64,000 nt of DNA from an uncultured Gammaproteobacteria bacterium. GTDB lineage: Bacteria > Patescibacteriota > Patescibacteriia > UBA1558 > 2-01-FULL-52-15. Numbering within the stretch: position 1 is the stretch's first letter; each line of letters begins with the position of its first letter. This document shows, piece by piece, positions 19,166 through 28,774 of the stretch. Location: the NCBI GenBank assembly GCA_964422585.1, contig CAYRBH010000004.1, forward strand, positions 886 through 64,885, read 5' to 3'. The notes under the pieces are model-generated. The model saw nothing but the letters and a program-made list of their open reading frames with translations, did not search any database and was not told the DNA's origin. Both the position numbers and the translations under genes were made by a program.

Positions 19166-20233
19166 GTGTTAAATACTCATATGGCAGACACTACAGATAA
19201 TCTCCAGCTTGAAGATAAGCAGCTTCTCAATGCTCGTGAATTGAAAGATGATAAGACATGGGATCTGACTCTTCGTCCTCGGTCATTGAATGATTACATT
19301 GGCCAAGATCAAGTAAAAGAGAATTTAAAGATATTTTTGGCTGCCGCGAAGAAACGTGGTGAGCCTATCGAGCATGTGCTGGTCTATGGGCCTCCGGGTT
19401 TGGGTAAGACAACGCTCGCGCATATCATCGCGCGCGAGATGGACGCGAATATACGCGTGACATCCGGCACCGCTGTGACCAAGGCAGGGGATCTCGCAGC
19501 CCTGCTCACGAATTTGCAGGAAGGTGATATTCTCTTCATCGACGAGATACATCGGTTGCCGAAGAACATCGAAGAGGTCTTGTATCCTGCGATGGAAGAT
19601 TTCGTTCTGGATATCGTTCTGGGTAAGGGTCCATCCGCCCAAGTCGTACGGCTCAATCTCCCTCGCTTCACTATTATTGGCGCTACGACACGGTATAATT
19701 TGTTATCATCGCCACTACGCGATCGTTTCGGTGTGACCTATCGGCTTGATTTCTATAGAAAAGAAGACATTTCGCATATTATTAAGCGTTCAGCGCAGCT
19801 CCTAGGCATTAAAATAGATGAAGAAGCTGCGCAGGAGATTTCGAAGCGCAGCCGCGCCACGCCGCGTGTGGCGAATAGGATTTTAAAACGAGTGCGGGAC
19901 TTCTCACAGGTAAAAGGCGATGGAGCGCGCATTACTGAAGCTCAAGTGCGATCGGCGCTCGACATGCTTGCCGTCGATCATATGGGCTTGGAAGAGTTGG
20001 ATAGGAAAGTCCTGCGCGCTATCGTGGAGCATTTCGGCGGAGGACCAGTAGGACTTACGAATGTGGCAGCGATTGTGCAGGAAGACTCGGGTACCATCGA
20101 AGAGGTATATGAGCCCTATCTTATGCAGCTTGGTTTCCTTGCACGCACCTCACGCGGACGCGTGGTGACTGAGCGTGGCTATGAACATATTGGCGTGAAG
20201 CCACCATCAGATTTGAGTAATAAATTACTCTAG
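19166..20233 (+). CDS. ruvB: Holliday junction branch migration ATPase RuvB
   Basis: AAA+ motif LVYGPPGLGKTTLAHIIAREM, sensor and arginine-finger regions, and a winged-helix C-terminus. 355 aa. Confidence 0.92.
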   Translation: MLNTHMADTTDNLQLEDKQLLNARELKDDKTWDLTLRPRSLNDYIGQDQVKENLKIFLAAAKKRGEPIEHVLVYGPPGLGKTTLAHIIAREMDANIRVTSGTAVTKAGDLAALLTNLQEGDILFIDEIHRLPKNIEEVLYPAMEDFVLDIVLGKGPSAQVVRLNLPRFTIIGATTRYNLLSSPLRDRFGVTYRLDFYRKEDISHIIKRSAQLLGIKIDEEAAQEISKRSRATPRVANRILKRVRDFSQVKGDGARITEAQVRSALDMLAVDHMGLEELDRKVLRAIVEHFGGGPVGLTNVAAIVQEDSGTIEEVYEPYLMQLGFLARTSRGRVVTERGYEHIGVKPPSDLSNKLL

Positions 20234-20244
20234 AAAAGGAATAA

Positions 20245-20280
20245 GGGCGGGTCCGCTTTCGCTAGACCCGCCCCGGTTTG
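20245..20280 (+). terminator. Hairpin terminator after ruvB (gggcgggtc...gacccgccc)
   Basis: 9-bp GC stem 12 nt after the ruvB stop. Only a weak T-tract (ggtttgg) follows. Confidence 0.5.
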
Positions 20281-20294
20281 GATGATGCCACCGC

Positions 20295-20360
20295 TTACGG
20301 TGGTTGGCCTCTGTAGGCCGTCAGCTTCTTCTGGAGGCGCTCGTTGACCATTCCGATCAT
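20295..20360 (-). CDS. 21-codon ORF (MIGMVNERLQKKLTAYRGQPP) with its own sigma70-like promoter, strong SD and hairpin
   Basis: On the minus strand: -35 TTGACA (20434–20429), a 17-nt spacer, -10 TAAGAT (20411–20406), a 5'UTR hairpin, AGGAGG 9 nt before ATG, a TAA stop at 20297–20295, and a hairpin ccaccg-ctta-cggtgg overlapping the stop. Confidence 0.4.
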   Translation of the reverse strand: MIGMVNERLQKKLTAYRGQPP

Positions 20361-20675
20361 CGTTCGTGTCCTCCTGCCTTTTGCGGCCGAAGACTGTCAA
20401 AAGGTATCTTACGATACTTTTACCTTTTTGTCAATAGTCTTTTACTAATAAAAAATAGCCCAATGGCTATAGATGTTGCGGCGGCGTTCGGGACTTTCGT
20501 CTCGAACGCCGCCGTGGTTAGGCGACTTTACGACCGTACTGCGGTCGTCGCAGGCACCACAGGCGCTGACGGGCCATCCGGATAGTCCGGAAATACTTGA
20601 GTCTCGTCGATGCGTTCGGCCGCGCGTTGCGCCTCTTGCCTCGTCGTGCCATGCTGTTCCCTCCTAGCCCAAGAG

Positions 20676-21737
20676 CTAGTTGAAGTGGAAATGTACCACG
20701 TCACCATCATTGATGACATAGTCCTTTCCCTCTATGCGTAGTGTACCCAATTCTTTCGCCTTCGTCCACGAGCCTGCTTTGAGTAATTCTTGCCAGTTGA
20801 TGACCTCGGCTCGGATGAAGCCTTTTTCGAAATCAGTATGGATGACGCCAGCTGCTTGTGGCGCTTTTGAGCCACGCACGACGGTCCAGGCTTTACTTTC
20901 CATAGGGCCAGTCGTGATGAAACTGATGAGCTTCAGGAGTTTATAACTTTTCGCGATAAGTTGATTTAGGCCGGTGTCAGTGATACCGAGCTCTTTCAAG
21001 AAGGTGGGTAATTCCTCAGCCGGCACTTCAGCGAGCTCTGATTCGAGCTTCGCGCAAATCTTCACCGCATTCTGAGGCATCGGAATATTTTTTTTCAGCT
21101 CTTCTTCGCTGACATTGTAGGCATAGATGAGCGGCTTCAAGCTCAGAAGTTTATATTGTTTCAGCAGATGCTCTTCTTCATCGGTCCAGCCGACATTGTA
21201 GAGCATGCGATGTTCTTGCAGATTTTTGACGACCTTCTCGAGCAAAGCATCTTCAGCGATAAGATCATTGGTTTTTGGTCCCTTCAGCTGGTCTTTGACG
21301 CGAGCAAGGCGTTTTTCCACGATCTCAAGATCCGCGATCATAAGCTCGAGGTTGATGACCTGCGTATCTTCTTCCGGATTGACCTTGCCATGTACATGGA
21401 TGACATTCGGATCGTCGAACGTTCTGACGACTTGCACGAGCGCATCCACTTCACGGATATGGCTCAGGAATTTGTTGCCTAAACCTTCGCCTTTCGAAGC
21501 GCCTTTGACCAAACCAGCTATATCGACGAACTCTATCGTCGTTGGGACGACTTTCTCAGAGTGAGAAAGTACGGCGAGTTTCTCCAGTCGTGCATCGGGT
21601 ACGGCAACGACACCGACATTCGGATCTATCGTGCAGAATGGGTAATTCGCGGCATCGACTTTCTTTTTCGTGAGTGCCTGAAACAAGGTTGATTTGCCAA
21701 CATTGGGTAGTCCGATAATGCCAAGTTGTAATGCCAT
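20676..21737 (-). CDS. ychF: Ribosome-binding ATPase YchF (Obg-family GTPase with TGS domain)
   Basis: G1 motif [17 protein letters not shown], a coiled-coil insert, and a C-terminal TGS domain (GDVVHFHFN). Confidence 0.9.
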   Translation of the reverse strand: MALQLGIIGLPNVGKSTLFQALTKKKVDAANYPFCTIDPNVGVVAVPDARLEKLAVLSHSEKVVPTTIEFVDIAGLVKGASKGEGLGNKFLSHIREVDALVQVVRTFDDPNVIHVHGKVNPEEDTQVINLELMIADLEIVEKRLARVKDQLKGPKTNDLIAEDALLEKVVKNLQEHRMLYNVGWTDEEEHLLKQYKLLSLKPLIYAYNVSEEELKKNIPMPQNAVKICAKLESELAEVPAEELPTFLKELGITDTGLNQLIAKSYKLLKLISFITTGPMESKAWTVVRGSKAPQAAGVIHTDFEKGFIRAEVINWQELLKAGSWTKAKELGTLRIEGKDYVINDGDVVHFHFN

Positions 21738-21868
21738 AGTTGTATCTCTCTTTGAACTATCGCAGTGTACGGATAAAAGCCCGCATTGTCAACGAATCTG
21801 CCGGGTGCTATGGTAGTGGAGTGATCCATTGTTCTTAACAGCAGCATCTGTTACCCGGCAAGGGGGTC

Positions 21869-22312
21869 TTGATGCGTAAGATCTATAGCAGCAGCGAGAA
21901 CGTGGTGCGTGCACTGAACATTTCTCTCAAGTTCTGCCAGGATTTGTCCCTTCAGATCGGGGAATGCGGAAGACGTAATAGCCGCGTTCTGCGGGAGCTT
22001 ACTAAAAGGCTTTCTCAGGAGCCATATCTCACGGATGAGGTTGAACATCTCTGTTACAAGTGGCTTGAGCTCACGAAGGTGCAGGAGACTTTCCAGGAAG
22101 CGCAGCTGGCTTTATTTGTAGCACATGTGCATCTTACGCAAGGTTCTGGGCTGTCTTTCATGCGTGTCATCGATGATTTTTGTCTTACGGAAGCCCGCAC
22201 GCTGGTCCTGGGCGACTTCGGTTTTGAACTGGATGGGGCAGAGAGGTTTCGTTGGGTTCAGCCGGCGTTGGAGCTGCATGAGTTGAATGCGCCAGTTACT
22301 ACGGTGCATTAA
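21869..22312 (+). CDS. Hypothetical protein (147 aa)
   Basis: ORF only; no recognisable motif. Confidence 0.35.
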   Translation: MMRKIYSSSENVVRALNISLKFCQDLSLQIGECGRRNSRVLRELTKRLSQEPYLTDEVEHLCYKWLELTKVQETFQEAQLALFVAHVHLTQGSGLSFMRVIDDFCLTEARTLVLGDFGFELDGAERFRWVQPALELHELNAPVTTVH

Positions 22313-22392
22313 GGAGGATAGTCCTGCTCAGGCTTGCGCTTGGGCAGGATTGTTCGTTTGTCTGAAATCTTATAAGAAGCTATACTTCCTCT

Positions 22393-22974
22393 ATGAAACT
22401 ATTCACTGATATTTCGAGAGAACTCAGGGCGTACGAGAAAGCACGCGAATCGGTCATTAAAGTCAGTCGTGACTATTTGACCGCGTCGAAGGGCATTATC
22501 TTTTTGTGTCATGAGAATAAGCTTGCTGAGGCTTTGCAGCAACTCACACTCGTGACGAAGAATATGATCGCGAGCGAACGTGATCTGAAGAAAGCATTGC
22601 TCAAAGCGCAGAAAACTTTTTCCCTCTATGAAGAAGGTTCATGGAATGCAGCGGTTGAGGAGTATCTCGAAGCGTGGTTTTTCGTTCAGTTCCTGAAGAC
22701 CGGTAAACTTATGGTGCCAAAGATCAACCCGCCGGCTCATGTGTACTTAGGCGCTCTGGCTGATTTCACGGGTGAAGTAGTGCGACGATCAGTTCTGAAA
22801 GGCGCGGATAAGGATGTAAGGACCTTAGAAAAATATCGCAAGGTTATTGCTGATGTTGTCGCATTCATGATGCCCTTATACCTCACTGGCCAGAGCAGAC
22901 AGAAATTTGATCAAGCGAAAAGAAATCTCAAGTCAGTGGAGGAGATATTGTATGAGGTGAAGATTCGGATATAG
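22393..22974 (+). CDS. Translin-family protein
   Basis: All-helical 193-aa protein. The C-terminal half aligns by eye with translin (YLGALADFTGEVVRRSV versus YLSGVLILASELSRLSV; KFDQAKRNLKSVEEILYEVKIR versus KRYDGLKYDVKKVEEVVYDLSIR). Confidence 0.65.
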   Translation: MKLFTDISRELRAYEKARESVIKVSRDYLTASKGIIFLCHENKLAEALQQLTLVTKNMIASERDLKKALLKAQKTFSLYEEGSWNAAVEEYLEAWFFVQFLKTGKLMVPKINPPAHVYLGALADFTGEVVRRSVLKGADKDVRTLEKYRKVIADVVAFMMPLYLTGQSRQKFDQAKRNLKSVEEILYEVKIRI

Positions 22975-23033
22975 CTGGATTTTGTCTTACCTTAAGCAAT
23001 TGTGTATGCGAGTGTTTGAATACAAGCGCAGTC

Positions 23034-23189
23034 TTATTCACCGCCTGCGTCTCGTTTCATGATGCTCAGATTGCACTGCTTGCATTCCCAGTAGAGACGA
23101 ATACGCCCATCAGTATGTTTTCTAACAGAGTCGACTGTTAGCTCAGTTCCGCATTGTGGGCAGGGCAGTGTTTCTTTTTGTTCGTTCAT
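23034..23189 (-). CDS. 51-aa zinc-ribbon protein (CPQC...CKQC)
   Basis: MNEQKETLPCPQCGTELTVDSVRKHTDGRIRLYWECKQCNLSIMKRDAGGE. Two CxxC pairs are spaced about 27 residues apart. Not in the ORF track because it is under 60 aa. Confidence 0.45.
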   Translation of the reverse strand: MNEQKETLPCPQCGTELTVDSVRKHTDGRIRLYWECKQCNLSIMKRDAGGE

Positions 23190-23232
23190 GGTTTTAGAAT
23201 TTTGCATACGCGGTGTTGTGCGAAATCGAGAG

Positions 23233-23649
23233 TCAGCTCTCTAGAAGACTTTTCCCACGCTCCTTAACGTTGTCTTCAAATGTCAGCTTGTCTTTTGATA
23301 GTTCTTTTACCTCTTTTGGTAATCCCGAGATATCAAAGTAACGAATTGGTCGCCCTATGCTTTTAAACATTTCGATCTCCGCAAGCACGCCATCGCTGAT
23401 CTCGCCATAGACCCATATTTCATCACAACGTTTCATTACATTGTTGTTCCCATTGCGTACTAGGTTTCTGTCCACTAACTCGTACAGATAATAGCCAAAG
23501 GTGTTAAAAGGGTTTACGGGCACTACCCCTTGTTCAAAGGCGTGCTTGCATATGAGCATGCGTTGATGGAAGTTTTTAGCTGACTGAGCAGTATATACCA
23601 CTTTTTTCTCTTCTTGTAATGTTTTTGCAACGTGTTCAGAGTTTCCCAT
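23233..23649 (-). CDS. Nucleoside 2-deoxyribosyltransferase-like (NDT/DUF4406-like Rossmannoid) protein
   Basis: CDEIWVYGEISDGVLAEIEMFKSIGRPIRYF parallels the NDT-family core (D.v...G..SDGT..EiG.A.a.GKPV). AT-rich gene. Confidence 0.45.
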   Translation of the reverse strand: MGNSEHVAKTLQEEKKVVYTAQSAKNFHQRMLICKHAFEQGVVPVNPFNTFGYYLYELVDRNLVRNGNNNVMKRCDEIWVYGEISDGVLAEIEMFKSIGRPIRYFDISGLPKEVKELSKDKLTFEDNVKERGKSLLES

Positions 23650-23822
23650 ACAAATTAATATTTGAAGTTATCGCCAACCCATTTATCTGTCCTGCTGACT
23701 CTCGATTTCGTACAACGTACACTGATGTGCGACGTTGCGCAGTCCGCGTGCTGCTATAATTATCTCAAATAGCAGCTAAGCGGACAAGCAATTTTGGATG
23801 AGCGGGCGTCAAGGTAAAATTA

Positions 23823-24344
23823 TTATTGATTAAGCTCCATTCTTTGGTTAACGAAATTGTCTATTTCTTCTGGAGATAGTGCTGCCGGCCCACCTAATAT
23901 GAAGCAATAGGCGCCAGGATTATTTGCATTAAAACTGTATGTGCAATGAGCTAAGTCAGTATTTTCAAAAGCGTCCTTTAGAGTCCAATAAGTTCCATCA
24001 TTTCCATTATATATAGGGCCAGTATAAGTAATATAGACGAAACATTTATTCATGGACTGGTTATAATGGTTAGTTTGTGAAAAATTATGTAAATTTACAT
24101 TAATATTTTCTTTTTCAAATCCTGCTAATTCTTTTTGAGCTTGTTCAGAACACTTTGCTTTCGCATCTAAATTTGCAGCTTCCGCTAATTCTTTTTGAGC
24201 TTGTTCAGAGTTTTTTGCCTGTGTATCTAAATTAGCAGCGCTAGACGTTTTTTTGTTTGAGTTGAAAATAGTAATATAATTATAACATGATAAAACTAGT
24301 AAAAATGTCAATGCCACTAAACAAATTTTGAGCCATTTTTTCAT
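23823..24344 (-). CDS. Membrane-anchored/secreted hypothetical protein with a tandem 20-aa repeat
   Basis: Probable start at the internal Met (MKKWLKICLVALTFLLVLS signal anchor). The repeat NLD(T/A)(Q/K)AK.SEQAQKELA occurs twice, encoded by a 60-bp tandem DNA repeat. AT-rich. Confidence 0.5.
   Translation of the reverse strand: MKKWLKICLVALTFLLVLSCYNYITIFNSNKKTSSAANLDTQAKNSEQAQKELAEAANLDAKAKCSEQAQKELAGFEKENINVNLHNFSQTNHYNQSMNKCFVYITYTGPIYNGNDGTYWTLKDAFENTDLAHCTYSFNANNPGAYCFILGGPAALSPEEIDNFVNQRMELNQ
24118..24240. repeat. Tandem direct repeat, 2 x about 60 bp (gctaattctttttgagcttgttcaga...) inside the preceding CDS
   Basis: Unit copies at 24124–24149 and 24184–24209 are identical over 26 nt, with period 60. 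Confidence 0.8.
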
Positions 24345-24390
24345 CCTTATAGAAATAGTTTTACTTAGCTCGCGAAGAGGCAATCCGGTG

Positions 24391-24762
24391 TTAGTCGCCG
24401 TTCTTCGCCACTTCTTTTTTATAATCGCTATCAATTTTTTTTAATTCGTCATTCAGTTTGTTACTCCTGTCGTACATTTTTCTTAATTTTTTGGGTGATA
24501 AATTTTTCTTGAACAAAGCTTTTGTCAGTACCGCCTGATGAATTAAAAAACTATCTAAAGGGTAATAAGTAGCCGATTTCCCTCTACTATCTGCGATTGA
24601 TTTGACTAAACTAGAAGATTGTTTCCAATTTTCGAGCCCAATCTCTAAAAGTACACGACGATGCTCATAACGCTTAGTAATAATGGTTGTTATGATTGTA
24701 GTTACTGATCCGATTGTCGCTCCTAAAAGGGTGCCTATTAAGATATATAATTCGGAAGACAT
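24391..24762 (-). CDS. Small hypothetical protein with an N-terminal TM helix (123 aa), AT-rich
   Basis: N-terminus LYILIGTLLGATIGSVTTIITTIIT, then a Lys-rich helical tail. Confidence 0.4.
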   Translation of the reverse strand: MSSELYILIGTLLGATIGSVTTIITTIITKRYEHRRVLLEIGLENWKQSSSLVKSIADSRGKSATYYPLDSFLIHQAVLTKALFKKNLSPKKLRKMYDRSNKLNDELKKIDSDYKKEVAKNGD

Positions 24763-24871
24763 AGTTTGTAAATTAGTGGCGAAGAATGGAGTCTAACAAT
24801 GTTTATACGAACTCACTGATAGACTACCGCCTTTTTCTGCTGAAATCAAGCTATATTTCAAAACTCGGTCA

Positions 24872-26878
24872 ATGTGTGGTAAGCTGTCTCTCTCTATGAT
24901 CGACTTTAAAAAAGAATTGAACAAAGGTCAGTATGAAGTGGTTAGTTCCGGCGATGGGCCGGTCTTGGTGTTGGCAGGAGCTGGCTCTGGGAAAACACGG
25001 GCATTAACCTATCGCGTTGCCTATCTTATCGAGCAGAAAGTCGATCCTTCGAAGATTTTACTCTTAACATTCACGAATAAAGCCGCGCATGAAATGATGA
25101 CTCGTGTCGATGGCCTGGTGAAAGATTCGAAGTTAACGAAGCGAGTATGGGGCGGGACGTTCCATCATGTAGCGCACAGGCTACTCCGAAAAATGGGTAC
25201 AGCAGTCGGCTTGAAGAATAATTTCGTCATTCTGGATCGTGAGGATAGCAAAGATTTGCTCAAACGCATTACCAAAGGCATGGCTGATGTAACTGGCAAA
25301 CGGTTACCGCAGCCCGGACTTTTTCTCGAAGTCATAAGTTATGCTGTGAATGCGCAGGTGTCTATGGAAGACGCTTTGGCACGGAAATTCCCAGATGGCT
25401 TGGATCGTATCGAGTTGTTCATGACAGTCGCGAAAGAGTATGAAACACGCAAGAAACAGGGTCAGCTCGTTGATTTCGATGATTTGCTTCTCTATTGGTT
25501 GCGGCTTCTGCAATTGCCGAAGATCCGAGAGAAAATGCAGGGTTTGTGGGACTATATTCTCGTCGATGAGTACCAAGATACGAATGTCGTGCAGGATGCT
25601 ATCGTGCGCATTTTGGGTGAGAAGCATAAAAACGTATTAGTGGTAGGGGATGACGCGCAAAGTATCTATTCATTTCGTGCTGCGGACATCGCGAATATTT
25701 TAAATTTCCCGCGCGTCTTTCCCGATACGAAAATCATACGACTGGAAGAGAATTATCGTTCAACGCCGGAGATCTTGGAGGTTGCGAATCACTTGATTAG
25801 CCAGAATGAACGGCAATTCAAGAAAGAGCTCTTCACGTCACAAGAATCCTCAGTGAAGCCAGAGCTTATGGTTGCGCAAGATCCGTCTGAAGAAGCAGAA
25901 ATGGTCACTGAGCGTATCATTGCGCTTGAAAATGAAGGCGTGGACTTGTCGAATATCGCAGTGTTGTTCCGGGCGGCGCATCAGAGCCAGGAATTAGAAC
26001 TAGAACTTAACCGTCGGGCTATCCCGTACGAAATGCGCGGCGGCATTCGTTTCTTCGAACGAGCGCATATCAAGGATGCCTTGGCTTATGTGAAAATTGT
26101 AGCGAATATTCAGGATGAAGTATCCTGGTCACGCATTTTGCAGCTCTATGAAGGTATTGGCGATGCAGGCGCGCAGAAGATCATAGCGCAGGTTCGCGAG
26201 TGCGGTACGTGGGAAGCAGTGCAGAAGCATCCGATGACGCTTGGTGCCAATGCTTCGAAAGGCTGGGATATGTTCATGCGGCATAGCGCTCTCATTTTGC
26301 CGAAGCTTGCTGAAGGTCCAGCGGAGTTACTCCGTGCTGTCGCCAAGAGTTATCGCGAATATGCTATCTCGGCTTTCACTGACTATAAGGATCGTCTCGA
26401 TGATCTGGAGCAGTTTGCTTTGTTCGCGGAGAGATATGATGATGTAGATGATTTTCTCGCAGAAACGACCTTGCAAGAGGCATTCGCCTTACGTCCTGGC
26501 TCAGAGAGCAAGGATGAGAAGGGTGTAGTGTTAAGTACGATACATCAGGCCAAAGGTTTGGAATGGCACACGGTCTTCATCACCCATCTGACCCAAAACT
26601 CTATCCCGCATCCGAAAGCCATGATGGAAGATGGCGGACTCGAAGAAGAGCGCAGGCTTATGTATGTGGCTATCACCCGCGCGCAGCGGCGTTTGTATCT
26701 GCTCTATCCATTGTCTACGTCACGCTATACAGTTGGCTTGAACCAGCCGTCACAATTCCTGCAGGAGATAAATCCAAGTATGCTCAATGGCACACTTGAA
26801 CAAGATGACGGAGAGAGCTATATTAATGTAGATGAGAATGGTGATAGAAGCTATTTACCTTCGATAGATAGACTATGA
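24872..26878 (+). CDS. ATP-dependent DNA helicase, UvrD/PcrA/Rep family
   Basis: Walker A motif LAGAGSGKTRALTYRVAYLI and a DEYQDTN motif. 668 aa. Confidence 0.9.
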   Translation: MCGKLSLSMIDFKKELNKGQYEVVSSGDGPVLVLAGAGSGKTRALTYRVAYLIEQKVDPSKILLLTFTNKAAHEMMTRVDGLVKDSKLTKRVWGGTFHHVAHRLLRKMGTAVGLKNNFVILDREDSKDLLKRITKGMADVTGKRLPQPGLFLEVISYAVNAQVSMEDALARKFPDGLDRIELFMTVAKEYETRKKQGQLVDFDDLLLYWLRLLQLPKIREKMQGLWDYILVDEYQDTNVVQDAIVRILGEKHKNVLVVGDDAQSIYSFRAADIANILNFPRVFPDTKIIRLEENYRSTPEILEVANHLISQNERQFKKELFTSQESSVKPELMVAQDPSEEAEMVTERIIALENEGVDLSNIAVLFRAAHQSQELELELNRRAIPYEMRGGIRFFERAHIKDALAYVKIVANIQDEVSWSRILQLYEGIGDAGAQKIIAQVRECGTWEAVQKHPMTLGANASKGWDMFMRHSALILPKLAEGPAELLRAVAKSYREYAISAFTDYKDRLDDLEQFALFAERYDDVDDFLAETTLQEAFALRPGSESKDEKGVVLSTIHQAKGLEWHTVFITHLTQNSIPHPKAMMEDGGLEEERRLMYVAITRAQRRLYLLYPLSTSRYTVGLNQPSQFLQEINPSMLNGTLEQDDGESYINVDENGDRSYLPSIDRL

Positions 26879-27318
26879 GTACCGACTCTCTACGTGAATT
26901 AGTACAACAAGTTCTAGCGAAGGGCTATCTCATGAGCCTTGCCACAGCTGATGATTCCGGTCTGTGGGTTGCTGATGTGATTTATATTTTTGATGAGAAT
27001 CTCAATCTCTATTGGATGTCTGATCCTGACGTCCGCCATTCTCAAGCGGTTGCGAAAAATACTCAGGTGGCGGGGACGATTACGGTGAGTCAGGCGGGTG
27101 AAGACAATCTTGGCATTCAATTTCATGGGCAAGCAGAGAAAATAGATGGTAATCGTCATGACCTTGCTGTTAAGCACTTCCAGAAAAGAAATAAGCCAGC
27201 GCCGTCAGAGGAAGACGATGTGTTGCAGGGAGACTCTTGGTATATGCTGCGACCTACTTCTTTTGACCTTATTCATGAATCACTTTTTGGTTTTGATAAA
27301 AAAACATTAAAACTATAA
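26875..27318 (+). CDS. Pyridoxamine 5'-phosphate oxidase-like FMN-binding split-barrel protein
   Basis: LMSLATADDSGLWVADVIYIFDENLNLYW pattern. 147 aa. Translationally coupled (ATGA) to the helicase. Confidence 0.5.
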   Translation: MSTDSLRELVQQVLAKGYLMSLATADDSGLWVADVIYIFDENLNLYWMSDPDVRHSQAVAKNTQVAGTITVSQAGEDNLGIQFHGQAEKIDGNRHDLAVKHFQKRNKPAPSEEDDVLQGDSWYMLRPTSFDLIHESLFGFDKKTLKL

Positions 27319-27324
27319 CAAACA

Positions 27325-28101
27325 ATGAACGATAAACTTGTCCTCGACCTCGAGACCAAAAAAACCTTCGAAGAAGTAGGCGGTCATCACAATTCTGATA
27401 AACTCGGCATTTCAGTGGTGGGCGTGTACTCATACAAGCGCGATCAGTATCGTGCTTTCCGCGAAGAAGAGTTCAAAGAACTGAAAGAGTGGCTCGAGGC
27501 ATCAGATCTTATCATCGGTTTCAATAGTAAGCACTTTGATTTCACCGTGCTGCAACCCTACTATCCGAAATTTGATTTATCGAAGCTGCCCCATCTGGAT
27601 ATTCTCGAAGAAGTGGTGTATGCGCTGGGACATCGATTGAAGCTTGAGAGTATCGCGCAAGCAACGCTTGGTCGCGGTAAGTCAGGCGACGGACTGGATG
27701 CCATCAAGTATTTCCATGCAGGGGACTGGGAGTCACTTGAGAAATACTGCCTCGATGACGTGAAGGTCACGAAAGAAATCTATGAGTATGGCATGTCGCA
27801 TGGCTATATTTGGTATACGAATTATGGCGTGAAGGAAAAGATACTGGCTCGCTGGTCCAAGGGTGAGACGGTCGAGGATATCGTGAAGCGCGCTGTCGCG
27901 AAGGGTTTGCAGCTCGAGATAGAGTATATCGATGATGATGGGAAGGCCACGACCAGGAAAATAGATATTCAGAATATCTCAGGAGCTAAGATAAAAGCTT
28001 ATTGTCATTTGCGGCAGAGTTTGCGTCTCTTCGACCTCACGAAGATAACCAAAGCCATTGACTGTGGGCCAATGGCGTCCTATCAAAAAAGTCTCTTATA
28101 G
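27325..28101 (+). CDS. DEDD-type 3'-5' exonuclease (DnaQ/RNase T-like) with a C-terminal extension
   Basis: LVLDLETKK (Exo I) and GFNSKHFDFTVL (Exo II-like) motifs. 258 aa. Confidence 0.6.
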   Translation: MNDKLVLDLETKKTFEEVGGHHNSDKLGISVVGVYSYKRDQYRAFREEEFKELKEWLEASDLIIGFNSKHFDFTVLQPYYPKFDLSKLPHLDILEEVVYALGHRLKLESIAQATLGRGKSGDGLDAIKYFHAGDWESLEKYCLDDVKVTKEIYEYGMSHGYIWYTNYGVKEKILARWSKGETVEDIVKRAVAKGLQLEIEYIDDDGKATTRKIDIQNISGAKIKAYCHLRQSLRLFDLTKITKAIDCGPMASYQKSLL

Positions 28102-28102
28102 A

Positions 28103-28669
28103 TCACTTGGTGAATTTGAAGCTCTGTACTATATCCGGGAAAAGGAATTGATCAGCTGAATTACCTGGACCAAGACTCAGGGTCACGCGGGTAGCGTTTT
28201 TCTCGAATAGATACGTATTGGTTTTTTGCGGGTCTTTCGGATCCACCGGCAATCGCTTCATCAGTGTATCGTTCAGCACAGTCAGTTTCCCTGGAAGACT
28301 GGCAAAGGTAGTCTTGGGATTGCGTTCCACGAGAATGTCCATCCGGAGGCTTGAGGCAGGGTCGCTCGAAGCGATAGTGATCGTCCCGCCATCCGCAGAA
28401 GTATGTTCAGAGATGCTCATAGCCGCCGGGTGCCACACTTCGAAGCCGAAGGCTTTATTCGAGTAGGTTGAACCGCCTGTCGTCGCGGCCGTTGGTTTCA
28501 GTAGATCATTCACGGCGCCGAGGTTTACATCAGCAGCAGCTGGTTGATTGACGGCAGGCTGTGCGGGCGCGCTCGGCTTGGCTGGTGCTTGGAAGCAGCC
28601 GCTGAGCAGGAAGATCAGGGGGAGTGCAGCGAGTAATTTCCGCGCCTTAGTAGCATTATTTTGTAACAT
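28103..28669 (-). CDS. Lipoprotein, function unknown
   Basis: Signal peptide with lipobox LLSGC, then a Pro/Ala-rich linker. The ORF track extends to 28702. Confidence 0.5.
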   Translation of the reverse strand: MLQNNATKARKLLAALPLIFLLSGCFQAPAKPSAPAQPAVNQPAAADVNLGAVNDLLKPTAATTGGSTYSNKAFGFEVWHPAAMSISEHTSADGGTITIASSDPASSLRMDILVERNPKTTFASLPGKLTVLNDTLMKRLPVDPKDPQKTNTYLFEKNATRVTLSLGPGNSADQFLFPDIVQSFKFTK

Positions 28670-28774
28670 AGTGGATATATTCCTTGGGTGCTCGCGGATC
28701 ACGATTTCGTAGTATGTCCCTTCGTCATAGCTCAGGTGACGGATGCACTCAGTATAGCATATCAGACGGCGGCA

